Shown here piece after piece: positions 42,532 through 53,110 of a stretch of 64,000 nt of DNA (the first letter of the stretch is position 1; each line of letters begins with the position of its first letter). Source of the DNA: Perkinsela sp. CCAP 1560/9 (lineage: Eukaryota; Protista; Euglenozoa: Kinetoplastea); assembly GCA_965644495.1 (NCBI GenBank), contig CBFFSA010000008.1, positions 496,001-560,000 of the forward strand, read 5' to 3'. The notes beneath the pieces are model-generated. The model saw only the letters and a program-made list of their open reading frames with translations, was not told the DNA's origin and did not search any database. The translations under genes were made by a program, and so were the position numbers.

Positions 42532-43632
42532 CTACCTGATTCCGAATAAAAATATCACTCCGGCAAGACACAACGCAGCGGCCCCCGTAGCTAGGTACGC
42601 GACGCCCAGAAATAAACCATTCCCACCAAACCACGAGTGCGTGGCAATCACGATGTACTTCCGCGAGCCGAAACCGGACACGTCAAAGCGGTTCGTGATT
42701 TCCAGGGTGTAGGGCCCAGGCTCAAGGTCCGTGGTGAACCGACGCCACAGCTTCCTAAACGTCGGCAAGCTCGCCGTACTCATCCAGACCATCAAGTCCT
42801 CATCCGAGGTACACGGAATCCGATGCCCCGCCTCCCCGTAGTAATACCCATTCCTGGCAAAATAATCCCTATGATTCGGCAACCCCTCACACGTCAACAA
42901 ATTCTCCCCTTGCGGGGGCCTAAACTTCTGCCTACGATCCGATTCCCACGCAATCCCTTTCTTCTCACACCCCATCTCCTCCGTCGGGGCCCCCTCCCGA
43001 TCAAAACTCGCCGTGTCACACACCAACGACCGATTCCCGGAGTTCTCCCCTCCACGATACATCCGGACCGTGTCATTAAACATACTCCACGGGACCAACC
43101 CACACGGGGCGTAGATCAACTCCTCCGCCCCCTCCCCCTCCGCCCCCTCCCGCACCCTAAACCCCGTCCGCGGCCCACACCCCTCCACCAGCCCCTCCCG
43201 ACTCACCACGTGCCCACTCAACTGGGCCTCACTCCTGGAGGCGCCATACCCGCGGTGGTTCTGATAGAACCCCGTCAGTTTGTAGTACAACGAGGTACCG
43301 GGGGAGGGCAACCGCACCGGGAGGTGAATCGAAACCACCTCCACACACCCGGTTGCGATTTCATAGCGACCCCTACCCCCCTCCCTACTCCTACCACTCC
43401 CCTCCCCGACCCCGGGGGAGGGGTCCCACACACAGGGGGGGGTGCCGTAGGGGATCTCGAGCTCCACGGCGTTCGTGCTCTCGACCAACGCGGCGATCCC
43501 GACCGGGAGGAACACGAGCGCGACGAGCGTGAGGAAGTAGCCGGTGGTGCGGGGGGCGTAGCGGGGGCGCCAGGTGAGGGTGGAGGGGGTCCAGGGGGTG
43601 GGGGGGGGAGGTGCAGGGGTTGTGGGGGACAT
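42532..43632 (-). CDS. CDC50/LEM3 flippase beta subunit
   Basis: WRP, YYKLTGFYQNHRGY, PCGLVPWSMFND, VWMSTASLPTFRKLW, GGNGLFLG; two TM helices. Confidence 0.93.
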   Translation of the reverse strand: MSPTTPAPPPPTPWTPSTLTWRPRYAPRTTGYFLTLVALVFLPVGIAALVESTNAVELEIPYGTPPCVWDPSPGVGEGSGRSREGGRGRYEIATGCVEVVSIHLPVRLPSPGTSLYYKLTGFYQNHRGYGASRSEAQLSGHVVSREGLVEGCGPRTGFRVREGAEGEGAEELIYAPCGLVPWSMFNDTVRMYRGGENSGNRSLVCDTASFDREGAPTEEMGCEKKGIAWESDRRQKFRPPQGENLLTCEGLPNHRDYFARNGYYYGEAGHRIPCTSDEDLMVWMSTASLPTFRKLWRRFTTDLEPGPYTLEITNRFDVSGFGSRKYIVIATHSWFGGNGLFLGVAYLATGAAALCLAGVIFLFGIR

Positions 43633-43941
43633 GGGAGAAAAGAGAAGGGGAGGGGTGTACTCCCGGGTGTGGGGAGGGAAGGGGTTAAAGGGAAAAAAAA
43701 AGGGGGGGGGGTGAATTTTTCTAGGGTTTTAGAGGTGTGGAAAGGAAGGGTGAAAAGGTGTGGGGGGGTGATGGGGGTGGGAATGGAGAAGGTGGTCTTC
43801 TTTTTATTATAGAGATGTAGGTGAGAAAAAATTATTGTTAAAGTATTGTAGGATGCTAGTTATAGCCTTTTTTGAAGTGTGAAACTTTGCTCCCTTACCT
43901 GCTTTTCTCCTTTAAAGAACAGCACTTGTACGCTTCTTCTT

Positions 43942-44253
43942 CTAATTGAGTTCCGCGTCACCAGAATCGGTAATGGCCATGCAATTCGCACGAAAATATT
44001 TCCCGCACGTAGTACCCAAGTCGACGTTGTTGCCGACGAAACGGTGCACTGTGGTGTTAGAAAGCATTGCATAATACTCAAGCTCGGAACGTCGCCCTGG
44101 GGGACAATTTTCTGCGATGACCAGAAGCTTACATTTCCCATGTCGCATAGCTTTAATAGAACATTTCAGTCCGAGGGAGTACTTGCCACTTTTGCACACA
44201 AGCTGCAAGCGTGAATTGATATTATCGCTCTGCTTTGATTTCTTCGAGACCAT
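43942..44253 (-). CDS. RPL30: 60S ribosomal protein L30 (eL30)
   Basis: INSRLQLVCKSGKYSLG, SELEYYAML, GNNVDLGTTCGKYFR. Confidence 0.97.
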   Translation of the reverse strand: MVSKKSKQSDNINSRLQLVCKSGKYSLGLKCSIKAMRHGKCKLLVIAENCPPGRRSELEYYAMLSNTTVHRFVGNNVDLGTTCGKYFRANCMAITDSGDAELN

Positions 44254-44594
44254 TTTGAAAAATAAAATCGATATTCAAGAAGTCAACTATAGTAATAATA
44301 GGTCGATGGTATTAATAATTAAGAGTAAATACATAGCATGTTCTGGAAAATACAGTTGTATTATATACAAGAAAACGTTTTATGCAACACAAGGCACTAA
44401 ACAAGCAAAGCACACACATCTTCAACTAAACGAAAGAGCAACTAATCAAACGCATTGGTCAACGCTTTTCGAAGCCTACAAAAAGGGTAAAATCACAACG
44501 TAAACAATTTCTAAAATAGCAAATCTTCGAAACAACACACATACAATGTACCATCTCAACAAACTTCATACTCGAGTTGTCTTTTCATAAAACT

Positions 44595-46571
44595 TTATTT
44601 TTTCTCTTCCGAAGAACCCTCTGACTCTGGTTTCGCTTCCTGTCCTTCAGTGGAGTTCGAAGACGTGGAACTGGAACCGGTGGTATTCTTGGCGGCAGCT
44701 TGCTGATACTCCGTACGCCCGCACTCCATCACAGCCTTTTGTAGTTTGTCCGTGGCCGCTTGAAGCTCATCCTTGCCCGAATTCGCATTGTCCATGCACG
44801 TGCGTAGTTCAGAGACAAGTTTGCGCACGTTTTCCTTCTCTGCGTCACTAACATATTTCCAGTCTCCTAGTTGACGTTCAGCTGTGTTGAGTTGTGTGTC
44901 CGCATTGTTCTTGCATTCAACTAGATCGCGCTTTTTGCGATCCGCTTCGGCGTGCATTTCTGAATCCTTAATCATTTGCTGTACTTCGGAGCTAGAAAGG
45001 CCACCATTCGCCTGGATAGTGATGTTTTGCTCTCGTCCTGTAGCCTTATCCTTGGCAGTGACGTGGCAGATGCCGTTGGCATCAATGTCAAAGGTGACTT
45101 CGATTTGGGGTACGCCACGAGGTGCGGGAGGAATACCTACCAAGTCGAACTGCCCAAGGATTTGATTATCCGAGGCCATTTCACGCTCCCCTTGAAACAC
45201 CTTGATACCCACCTGTGTTTGGTTGTCAGCGGCCGTACTGAACACTTGGCTTTTCTTAGTTGGGATAGTAGTGTTCTTGTTAATCATCCGAGTAAAGACG
45301 CCACCAAGAGTTTCAATTCCTAGTGAGAGAGGGGTCACGTCAAGCAATACCAAGCCTTTTACTTCACCGCGCATCACACCTCCCTGAATGGCTGCACCTA
45401 CTGCAACAACCTCGTCGGGGTTGACACCTTTAAAGGGCTCTCGGCCAAAAAATTGCTTCACGACTTCAACTACCTTCGGCATTCGGGTCATCCCTCCCAC
45501 CATGACGACCTCTTGTACACCTTTCGCATCAACACCCGCGTCCTTCAGACATACTTTTACGGGGCCGATGCTCCTCTGGACAAGGTGTTCAACAAGGCCT
45601 TCAAACTTGGCGCGCGTAAGATTCATTTGAATGTGCTGAGGACCTTCGCTGTTCGCGCTGATGAAGGGAAGATTGATTTCGGTTTGCGTCGCCGAAGACA
45701 GTTCACACTTGGCCTTCTCCGCTGCCTCTCGAACACGCTGCAGAGCCATCTTCTCTTTCGAAAGATCAATTCCTGTAGATTTTTTAAAGTCGTTCAGAAT
45801 GTGATCTGTCAAAAGTGCGTCGAAGTCCTCTCCTCCCAGGAAAGTGTCTCCATTTGTCGCTTTCACTTCGAAGACGCCGCCGGCAATCTCAAGAATTGAA
45901 ATATCAAATGTACCACCACCCAAGTCGTAGATAGCAACGATGCGATCCTTTTCCTTGTCCATACCATACGCAATAGCAGCGGCCGTCGGCTCATTGATGA
46001 TGCGGGCAACATTTAACCCGGCAATCTGCCCTGCATCCGTAGTCGCAGTACGCTGTTGATCATTGAAATAGGCCGGGACAGTAACTATCGCGTGCTTTAC
46101 TTTGCGGCCTAGATGACTTTCCGCAGTCTCTTTCATTTTTTGTAAGACAAACGCACCAATTTGTGACGGAGAATACCGCTTGCCGTTAGCGTCCTCGACC
46201 CAGGCATCACCATTCGTGTGTCGTGCAATCTTGTACGAAACCATCTTCTTGTGCTTTTCTGTCATAGAATCCTCAAAGCGGCGTCCGATCAAACGCTTAA
46301 CCGCGTAGAATGTGCTCGAAGGATTCGTCACCGCTTGGCGTTTCGCTGCGTGACCCACAAGCTTTTCTTCGCCCTTAAAGGCAACAATGGAGGGCGTCGT
46401 CCGCATACCCTCGGCATTCTCCAAGACACGGGGCTTGCCTCCTTCCATCACTGCCACACAGCTGTTGGTCGTGCCTAAATCAATACCTATGACGTCTCCG
46501 TCAAGCTTGGAAGTAGCGTACTGACGAATACCGGCTAAGGAAAGCGAACCAAGGGAGCGGCGGACAAGCAT
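44595..46571 (-). CDS. mtHSP70: Mitochondrial HSP70
   Basis: [15 protein letters not shown] mitochondrial signature, presequence, kinetoplastid-like tail [22 protein letters not shown]. Confidence 0.97.
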   Translation of the reverse strand: MLVRRSLGSLSLAGIRQYATSKLDGDVIGIDLGTTNSCVAVMEGGKPRVLENAEGMRTTPSIVAFKGEEKLVGHAAKRQAVTNPSSTFYAVKRLIGRRFEDSMTEKHKKMVSYKIARHTNGDAWVEDANGKRYSPSQIGAFVLQKMKETAESHLGRKVKHAIVTVPAYFNDQQRTATTDAGQIAGLNVARIINEPTAAAIAYGMDKEKDRIVAIYDLGGGTFDISILEIAGGVFEVKATNGDTFLGGEDFDALLTDHILNDFKKSTGIDLSKEKMALQRVREAAEKAKCELSSATQTEINLPFISANSEGPQHIQMNLTRAKFEGLVEHLVQRSIGPVKVCLKDAGVDAKGVQEVVMVGGMTRMPKVVEVVKQFFGREPFKGVNPDEVVAVGAAIQGGVMRGEVKGLVLLDVTPLSLGIETLGGVFTRMINKNTTIPTKKSQVFSTAADNQTQVGIKVFQGEREMASDNQILGQFDLVGIPPAPRGVPQIEVTFDIDANGICHVTAKDKATGREQNITIQANGGLSSSEVQQMIKDSEMHAEADRKKRDLVECKNNADTQLNTAERQLGDWKYVSDAEKENVRKLVSELRTCMDNANSGKDELQAATDKLQKAVMECGRTEYQQAAAKNTTGSSSTSSNSTEGQEAKPESEGSSEEKK

Positions 46572-46782
46572 CGTTATGGAATCAGAAAAGTTAAGTAAAA
46601 TTGAGCTGAAAACTTAAAAAGTATATGAGAAGTCATTTAGCGCATTAGGTTAAAATCATGAGATCGATGGCTACGAGAAAAGAACGTGTACAAAATTTTA
46701 AGATGTTTTTACATCTGTGATGCGATCCGCATATGGTTCTGTTAGAATGAAGCATTTTAGTAAGTGATCATTTCAGATGATC

Positions 46783-46977
46783 TTTCCCCCGTTCTGTGGG
46801 GGGCACCCAGAGTCGATCGACGTGCACCGAGGCTGGCAGCCCCAGCGCGGGCCTGAAATCTAAATCCCTTTCTGAGAGGGGCCCATTCCGAGCGGAACGA
46901 CGTGATCCGAGGCTGGCAGCCTTAGTGCGGGCCTGAAATCAAATTCCTCTTTTGAGGGGGGCACACGCCGTGCACCA
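46783..46977. repeat. Structured tandem repeat, period 80
   Basis: CGACGTGnnCCGAGGCTGGCAGCCYYAGYGCGGGCCTGAAATC at 46818 and 46898, with three Y-rich/G-rich hairpins. Confidence 0.8.
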
Positions 46978-47518
46978 GCAAGACTATCCTAGAAGGGATT
47001 GAAGAGGCTTCAACAAGGGTGCGCCCGTCTCACCCCCCCCCCCGAGTCTCGCTACACCCCAGCACCCACTCAGGTTTCCTACCTGGGCACCCAAGGGGCC
47101 TACACAGAAAAGGGGGGGCACACTCCCTCTCAGGAGAATCTGGCTGAGCTCCTTAGCCGAGGTTCATTGAGGATGCTGTATGCCGTCCAACAACCTACCT
47201 GAAGGGAGTACGTCGTCGATGTCAGCAGAGTATTCCCAGGCAAGTCTACCGCAGAGAAAGCTCTCATCGTCTGGAACCATATTCTGGCGGTTAAGCGGTT
47301 TAAAATATCTCGTGTAAGAATAACAAGTGATTTCTAAATGACATATAGGGGGTGGCACGAAAATATGGGGGCATCAAAATTCCTATAAGTTCTTCAATTT
47401 TAGTATAATCTCGCAGAGATAAGTGTCACCTGATAATGCGTTTCATGTCTTTTAAAATCTTTTATTTTTGACAAAAAATACGTTCTTTAAGTTTGCAATT
47501 TTCTTCAAATTCATCATA

Positions 47519-48088
47519 ACCCCCCCCCAATGAATAAGTGACCCACCCTTGTTTTTCGCACAGGGGGGCGTAGGGGGGTTACGGCACCACATTATCGTTC
47601 CAAATTTTGAGATCTGTACGTTCCCGCTATTTTCAGCTCTTTTAAAAAACTTTAAAAAACCTGATTTCTTTTTGTTTGAAAAGTTTCATTTTTTCGAAAA
47701 ATGCCGAAGTCTCCTTTTCGGCTACCGAAAGGGGGGCTTACAAATAGCGGAAAGCTTTTGTTAAGGATGAGGGACGGTCAGGGTGTGTCAAAAAGGAAGC
47801 TGTCCCGTGAATTTAATGTTTCTGTTAGGATTGTAAGAAAATATCTGAACGAAAAAAAACCCACCCCAACATACACTTTGAGCCCTGACCGCAAAAAAAG
47901 TATTGAGTCGCGAAGAAATAAAATAGAGAAAATTCTTACCCCTCTAGACCCCGCCGTTGGGGTCCTTTTAATTTCATTCCTTCTCGCGCAAAGTCTTGGT
48001 GTTGAGATCTGCAAAATGCAACAAAAATCAGCTCAAACGGACACTTGTACGAAACAAAAGGGGTGGGTCACTTTTCATTGGGGGGGTT
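47519..48088 (+). mobile_element. Internally deleted Tc1-like element
   Basis: TA flanks; TIR ACCCCCCCCAATGAA..GTGACCCACCC; HTH-like VSKRKLSREFNVSVRIVRKYL from 47701; right ~120 bp matches 62963-63085 inverted. Confidence 0.85.
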
Positions 48089-48329
48089 TATTTTGGGTGT
48101 TTCCTTTCTATTTCTTGACTTTCCGTCTCATTGCGCCACAGAAACGGGCGCATTCCAATAACAAGAGTGCGCATCAAAGTTACCCATCGCATATTTTTAC
48201 TCTTGCTAGTGAAGAAGTATAAGAAACCGGATCCTTTACTCCCCTTGGATAATTGATGCCCAGCTCATTATGTTAGAGTTGCGATCGGCGATTGCATCTG
48301 GGATTGAAGCGTTGAAAAGAGAATAGACC

Positions 48330-48706
48330 AAAACACTTTTAGACACTTTGATGACTGTTCCAACGACCTCGCGAAAGACTTCGCCTCTGCGTTGTGTAAC
48401 ATCAAAAGCGCCTCTCTGTCCCGTTTCGCCGCATCCGTGCTCACCCAAACCCCACTCCCCACTTGCTCTTCTCTCCGCCGATGGGGTATCTCTACCCATA
48501 TTAGCGACACATGTCCAATCTACGGCGAAGCGACCCAGACCCAGCGGCACATGCTCACGGGTTGCAAGGTGTCTCTGGAGCAAGGTCGATACACTTACCG
48601 ACACAGTCTTATCATGGCTTTAGCGGACGTCGTATCTAACTCCCCTATGACAGCCTCCTCTCACTTCGACGTATCACTGTACCTCAACCCACCCGCATGG
48701 AACTGA
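48330..48706 (+). mobile_element. C-terminal remnant of an RLE-type non-LTR retrotransposon (HERO/NeSL/R4-like)
   Basis: LPTCSSLRRWG...CPIYG...QTQRHMLTGC...LEQGRYTYRH matches the CCHC knuckle plus RH motif preceding RLE endonucleases. Confidence 0.75.
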
Positions 48707-50040
48707 ACTTCTCGCATCTCGCTCAGTTTCACCGAGGTTTCGAGAGGTTTCACAAAGGGTTTTATTGAGGTTCCGAGGTTTCATCGAGGAAATTTCACCG
48801 AGGAATTTTTTCCGGTCTACCTAATTTTTGCCATATTCTGCGGTACTCTGCCTATCACCACCGACCGGCCGCCCCCCCTCTAATTTCCGAAATATAAAGG
48901 TCTCTACAAATTTTAGCCGCCCAGATGGAATTTGACACCCATGTACGCGTCAAAAACTATTGTGAGCACTTTTTCCACGCGTGGGGCGAAGATATTATAA
49001 GGTACTGCCCCCCCCACTTAAACGCAACCAGGTTTTGGCCTAAAAATGCGCATAAGTAGCCGGGTCAAAAAAGGGGATGAATTTTTTTTTCGACTCCTCT
49101 TCAACGAATACTTGAATGGTCTTGATGTGCTTTGACAGAAACTCGATTGAAGTGAACTGATCAGAACATCAGCAACTCCTCCAAGTTTAGGAGTTACTAC
49201 CCCGCGTTTGACTCTAGCGTTAGTCATGGCATTCAGGAGTTTCGGTCCCCATTCTGAAAATACTTGATGTTTTCCCAAGTAATCGTTATCCTCAAGTCTG
49301 CTAAGGATTGACTTCATCTCATTGACTTTCTGAGGTATGACGTTCGCTAGGGTAGAAATACTTTCATACAGCTTTTCGGATAGTTTCACTTTCCACATGG
49401 TCGGAGAATTCACACCAAGACCTAAATACGACTGCTTGAGTGCTTCAGCTGTATTTACACTGCTGTCAAACCGTACTAACGGCGGCCGGACAGGACCGAT
49501 GCCTCTGGACAGATAAAATGCCTTTGGACAAATAAACTGCCTTTGGACAGAAAAATTGCCTCCCATTCATAAACCTTCCCCCGCCATACTCATCAGTGGT
49601 GGAGCTCCTCCGGGACGGGTAAGTGGGTCACACAGCTTCCAACTTCGCTGTAAGCTCACCCGTGCTGTTTGTCCGCGTTGCACAATAGTACAGAAGTGGT
49701 ACACAGGTTCTCAGTGGGCGACCCGCGCGCTGGAGTAATTTGGGGGTATAATTCTGTCACAGGGCTACGCTCACAATTGGGCCTTGCTCGCAAACGGGGG
49801 CTTTTGCCTCTAAAAGTGGGATTCGCTTACGGTTGGGCCTTGCCTCTGGACAATCCTGCGGAAACGGTGGACATGGCACCAGCACATTTATAATGCATAT
49901 AACAATAGTGTATTTCGTGGACACCTCAACATAATTTTTTTTGCAGCATTCACCGGTTTATGTCGCAGACGAGTAAACAAGGTCTGGGTTTATTGGCCCG
50001 GCCGGCCCTTCCGTGCGTTCGGCCTCTCATTTCCCCCAAA

Positions 50041-50120
50041 ACAACTGCCACCTTCCCCCCCTATTTATCAGGGGTCGCTCACGCGACCCCCGCTAAATAG
50101 GGGGGGAAGGTGGTAGTTGT
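50041..50120. repeat. 38-bp-arm hairpin with 4-nt loop
   Basis: 35 Watson-Crick pairs, 1 G-T and 2 mismatches around TCAC; looser pairing extends to about 49993-50165. Confidence 0.9.
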
Positions 50121-50369
50121 GGGGTATGGAGGCCTCTCGCAACTCCGGGGCCTCACCGGGAGCAAAGGTGAAATTCATTTGCGTCCCTGACTAAATGCAT
50201 TTTTCGGTTACGTCGCCTGTTGGAAGGTATTTTGTGCAATATGCTAGCAAACGGGGGCTTTCGCCTCCAGAAGTGGGCTACGCTCACAATTGGACCTAGA
50301 TGTATTTATGTAAATATAGCCCTATGAAAGATTTTATCTAATTATAATGTAAATTTCCGACATCCCTAT

Positions 50370-50442
50370 GGGGTAACATGGTTGGGACCTCTTCGTGGTC
50401 TTCCCCGGCACTGCTATCTTTCAGATGGTACTGACGCCGACC
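50370..50442 (+). ncRNA. HDV-like ribozyme, copy B (degenerate P1)
   Basis: GGGGUAA-CAU-GGUUGGG-ACC-UCUUCGU-GGU-CUUCCCC-GG-CAC-UGCUAUC-UUUCA-GAUGGUA-CUGA-CGCCGACC; 61/73 identical to copy A with no indels. Confidence 0.8.
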
Positions 50443-51739
50443 TTTTTTATTAGTGGCATTTTATCTGTCCATAGGCGTTTTATTTGTCCAGGGGCATTTG
50501 ACGTGTAAAGTGGCCCGTACTAACAATTGAGATAGGGCGATGCCTCTATACTTTCCCTTCGTAGCGCTTGCTCTGCCCCCTGAAAAAAATGCCCGTGAAA
50601 AACATTTCTTGAATTTAAAAGCCGAGGATGATTCATAGGGGTCGAATGCCGTCTTGCATACGTTGTTTAGCATATGGCCAATACAGGACAAGAGAGAAAC
50701 ACGATACTTTCGATTTACGTCACGCTCTAAATTAGCTAAATCCTCTTCGCCTACCGGGTCGATCCGATCGTAGACAGTCTTCAAGAATCCTTCACAATTT
50801 AAACGCGCAACATGACTGACAGTAGAGCCATCTACCATCAAGAACTTCAGTTTTAAGAGTCTCTCTTCCCCCAAAATTACTAGAGAGACAACTCAAAAGT
50901 TCTTTAGCCATCATGTATCCATCATATGCTTTATGGCTTGTAGAATACGAAGGAGGTAAAACGAATTCATGACACTCCACGTACAAAACAGCGATCATTA
51001 TATGCTCCGATTTAACGCGATCGATTCCCGTGTCGACTGCAAGTCCAAAGTACATAAAATGGTTAATTTCTTTGTGTAGGAGTTGCCACAATTCTTCAGC
51101 AAGGCTCGCGTTGCGAAGGTGGAGATCGTTCAATATTTTTGGCCCTTCTTGTAGCAGTATACTGGAAGGTGCTGAGGGTCTCAACGCTTCCTACGTGCGG
51201 ATGAACCATAGAAATCCGCTGCCAGGGAGATTCGTCATCGAATGGAGAGAAGGCAGTACCTTGTTTGAAAAATGTTGAACAGCTTCGCTATCCACGCGTG
51301 TATTAGTTGGCATGTCTTGAGAAAGAGTTGCTCGCTCCACGCAAACGCGTCGATGCTCAAGATAGTGGTTACGATATTTCCCGTGCGATGACCATTTGCA
51401 TCGCTTACATTCGTAATGCTGGTTATAAAGATACAGTTTCTGTACCTTGTTGGTACATTTTGCTAGCCCTTCCTTTCTTTTCCCGGAAACGGGCATACAT
51501 TTTCCTTTTAAATGCCCGTTTCCGGCTGACGGCTAGCAGGGACTGTCCCTCTTTTTCGTGGAAGTAGGGGAAGTACTTCCGACTTTTCAACCCTCCCCGG
51601 CTCACTCCTTGAGTGAGTTTTCTTCCCTCCCCGGCTTTCTTCTTCTCGCGCCTGTCTCTTCTCGGGAGCTATGCGCCATGGTGGCCTCCCTTGAGGACCA
51701 CCGGGCGTGACTCTGCCTTGCATTATCGCGAGGCAGCGT

Positions 51740-51895
51740 TCGGTTGCAGTGCGCCCCTCCGGCTGCGTAAAGAGGTGGCGAGTTGCCTGGACCACCTCTA
51801 CCGACTGGGACCGAGTCGGTTGCAGTACGCCCCTCCGGCTGCGTAAAGAAAGGGCGAGTTGCCTGGACACCCTCTACCGACAGAGTCCGTGTCGA
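51740..51895 (+). repeat. Structured tandem repeat, 66-bp unit, period 76
   Basis: 51740-51805 and 51816-51881 are 60/66 identical. Confidence 0.9.
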
Positions 51896-52427
51896 ACCCC
51901 CTTTGGCGACATCCGTTGTGGGCGGATTATGTGCCGATGATATCGGCCGTCGCATTAAGGGGATTATCTCTGCGCCATAGAGCGCATGATAAACAAAAAC
52001 AAAAAAAAATGGGTTCGTGGGGATCTCTTGGTGGGAAAGCTGACAATTAAAATCACATCCAACGAGGACAAAATCCTGAGGGAATGCATACGGGGTCATG
52101 AGCTTCCTACGGATAGAGGGGGTCAAATCCTGTGAACTAGATTCTTCCATGAAAATAAACGTGGGAACAAGATATAAATATTTTATTAGTGCTTGATACC
52201 TAGATGGATTTATTTATAAAAGTATTAATTTTTTTAGTTAATTTATTTTTTGATTTATAAATATTTGCAGACAAGGATTATAGCTGTAAAAAAACATTGA
52301 TGAATGTTTACTTTGGGGTCGCCGCTGAAGTAGATATAGGGCTACAGACTACTTATATTGTACCCATATGATTTTTTTACTGCTTTTTCCACTTTTTACC
52401 CCCTTTTTGTCTATCTTAGCATTCAAA

Positions 52428-53110
52428 TCAAATCAACAAACCTTGAATCACATCCCAATCTTCACTCTCTTCTTCAGAGTCATCTTCTGTCTCTTCATTG
52501 TCGTTGTCTTCGTCCCTTTCTACTTCTTCCCTTTCCACTTCATCTTTTACGGACTTCAGAGCCAACAAAAGAGCGCAGAAGCGTTCTTGCCAGCTTGCAT
52601 TCTTAAAAAACAGCGTGTGCAATGAAACAACTTCATCAGCCTTATGCGGATGCATTGAGAGTCTTCCTTGCTTTCGTATTCCCCTCTTTACAGAAGAGTG
52701 GCACGACTCGGCATTGTTCGTATGTATTCCCTCCTTTGTAACAAAACGATATTTACCTTTTGTGCTATGGTTCACGACTCGATGATCTCTTACGGCATTT
52801 AATCCACGGTACGCCCGCCAAGCATCTGTGTTTACGATCGTGCGGTAGCTGTCCACTGCGTGCTTTTTCACAAAATTTTGTAAAGTAGTCCTGTCCCTTT
52901 TTTCAACGCGCTTCCATATAGTACGGCCACAACTACCATCTCTTTCGATCCCAGTAATTGTAGCCATGTAAAAAGATCTGTTTCTCACTCGGCATCCCCG
53001 ATGATACTTCCGTGGAAAGAGATAGGTTTCATCAACTGCGCACCTAGAGAACTTGATTTCCTCGTTGCGTTTCAGTACGGCTTTATGAATAAGAACATGT
53101 AGAATGAGGA
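52428..53110 (-). mobile_element. Merlin/IS1595-family (ISXO2-like) DDE transposase, 5'-truncated
   Basis: In-frame upstream AVDETYLFPRKYHRG, then GIER, TDAWRAY, HRVVNHS, HTNNAES. Confidence 0.88.

Larger units (their letters stand above)
49481..50515. mobile_element. Non-autonomous TIR element with 9-bp TSD (MULE/Foldback- or Merlin-like)
   Basis: CGTACTAAC at 49472-49480 and 50516-50524; GGC termini; inverted subterminal arrays of GCCYnTGGACARATAAAA. Confidence 0.85.
49018..51496 (-). pseudogene. hAT-like transposase pseudogene interrupted by a 1035-bp insertion
   Basis: Zn finger CKRC...H...C, LAVDTGID, MVDGS, CIGH (CxxH); frame rejoins as SQLLVRFDSSVN when 49481-50515 and one TSD are removed. 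Confidence 0.7.

Noticed and set aside
42637-43812. 391-aa plus-strand ORF, and similar antisense ORFs over eIF3f and PSP1-C
   Set aside because: Shadow ORFs produced by stop-poor GC-skewed sequence opposite well-supported genes
51920-52080. CADD (RT-like) on plus and GCDFNC (APE-like) on minus
   Set aside because: Isolated short motifs with no supporting neighbouring motifs; may be LINE debris but not supportable
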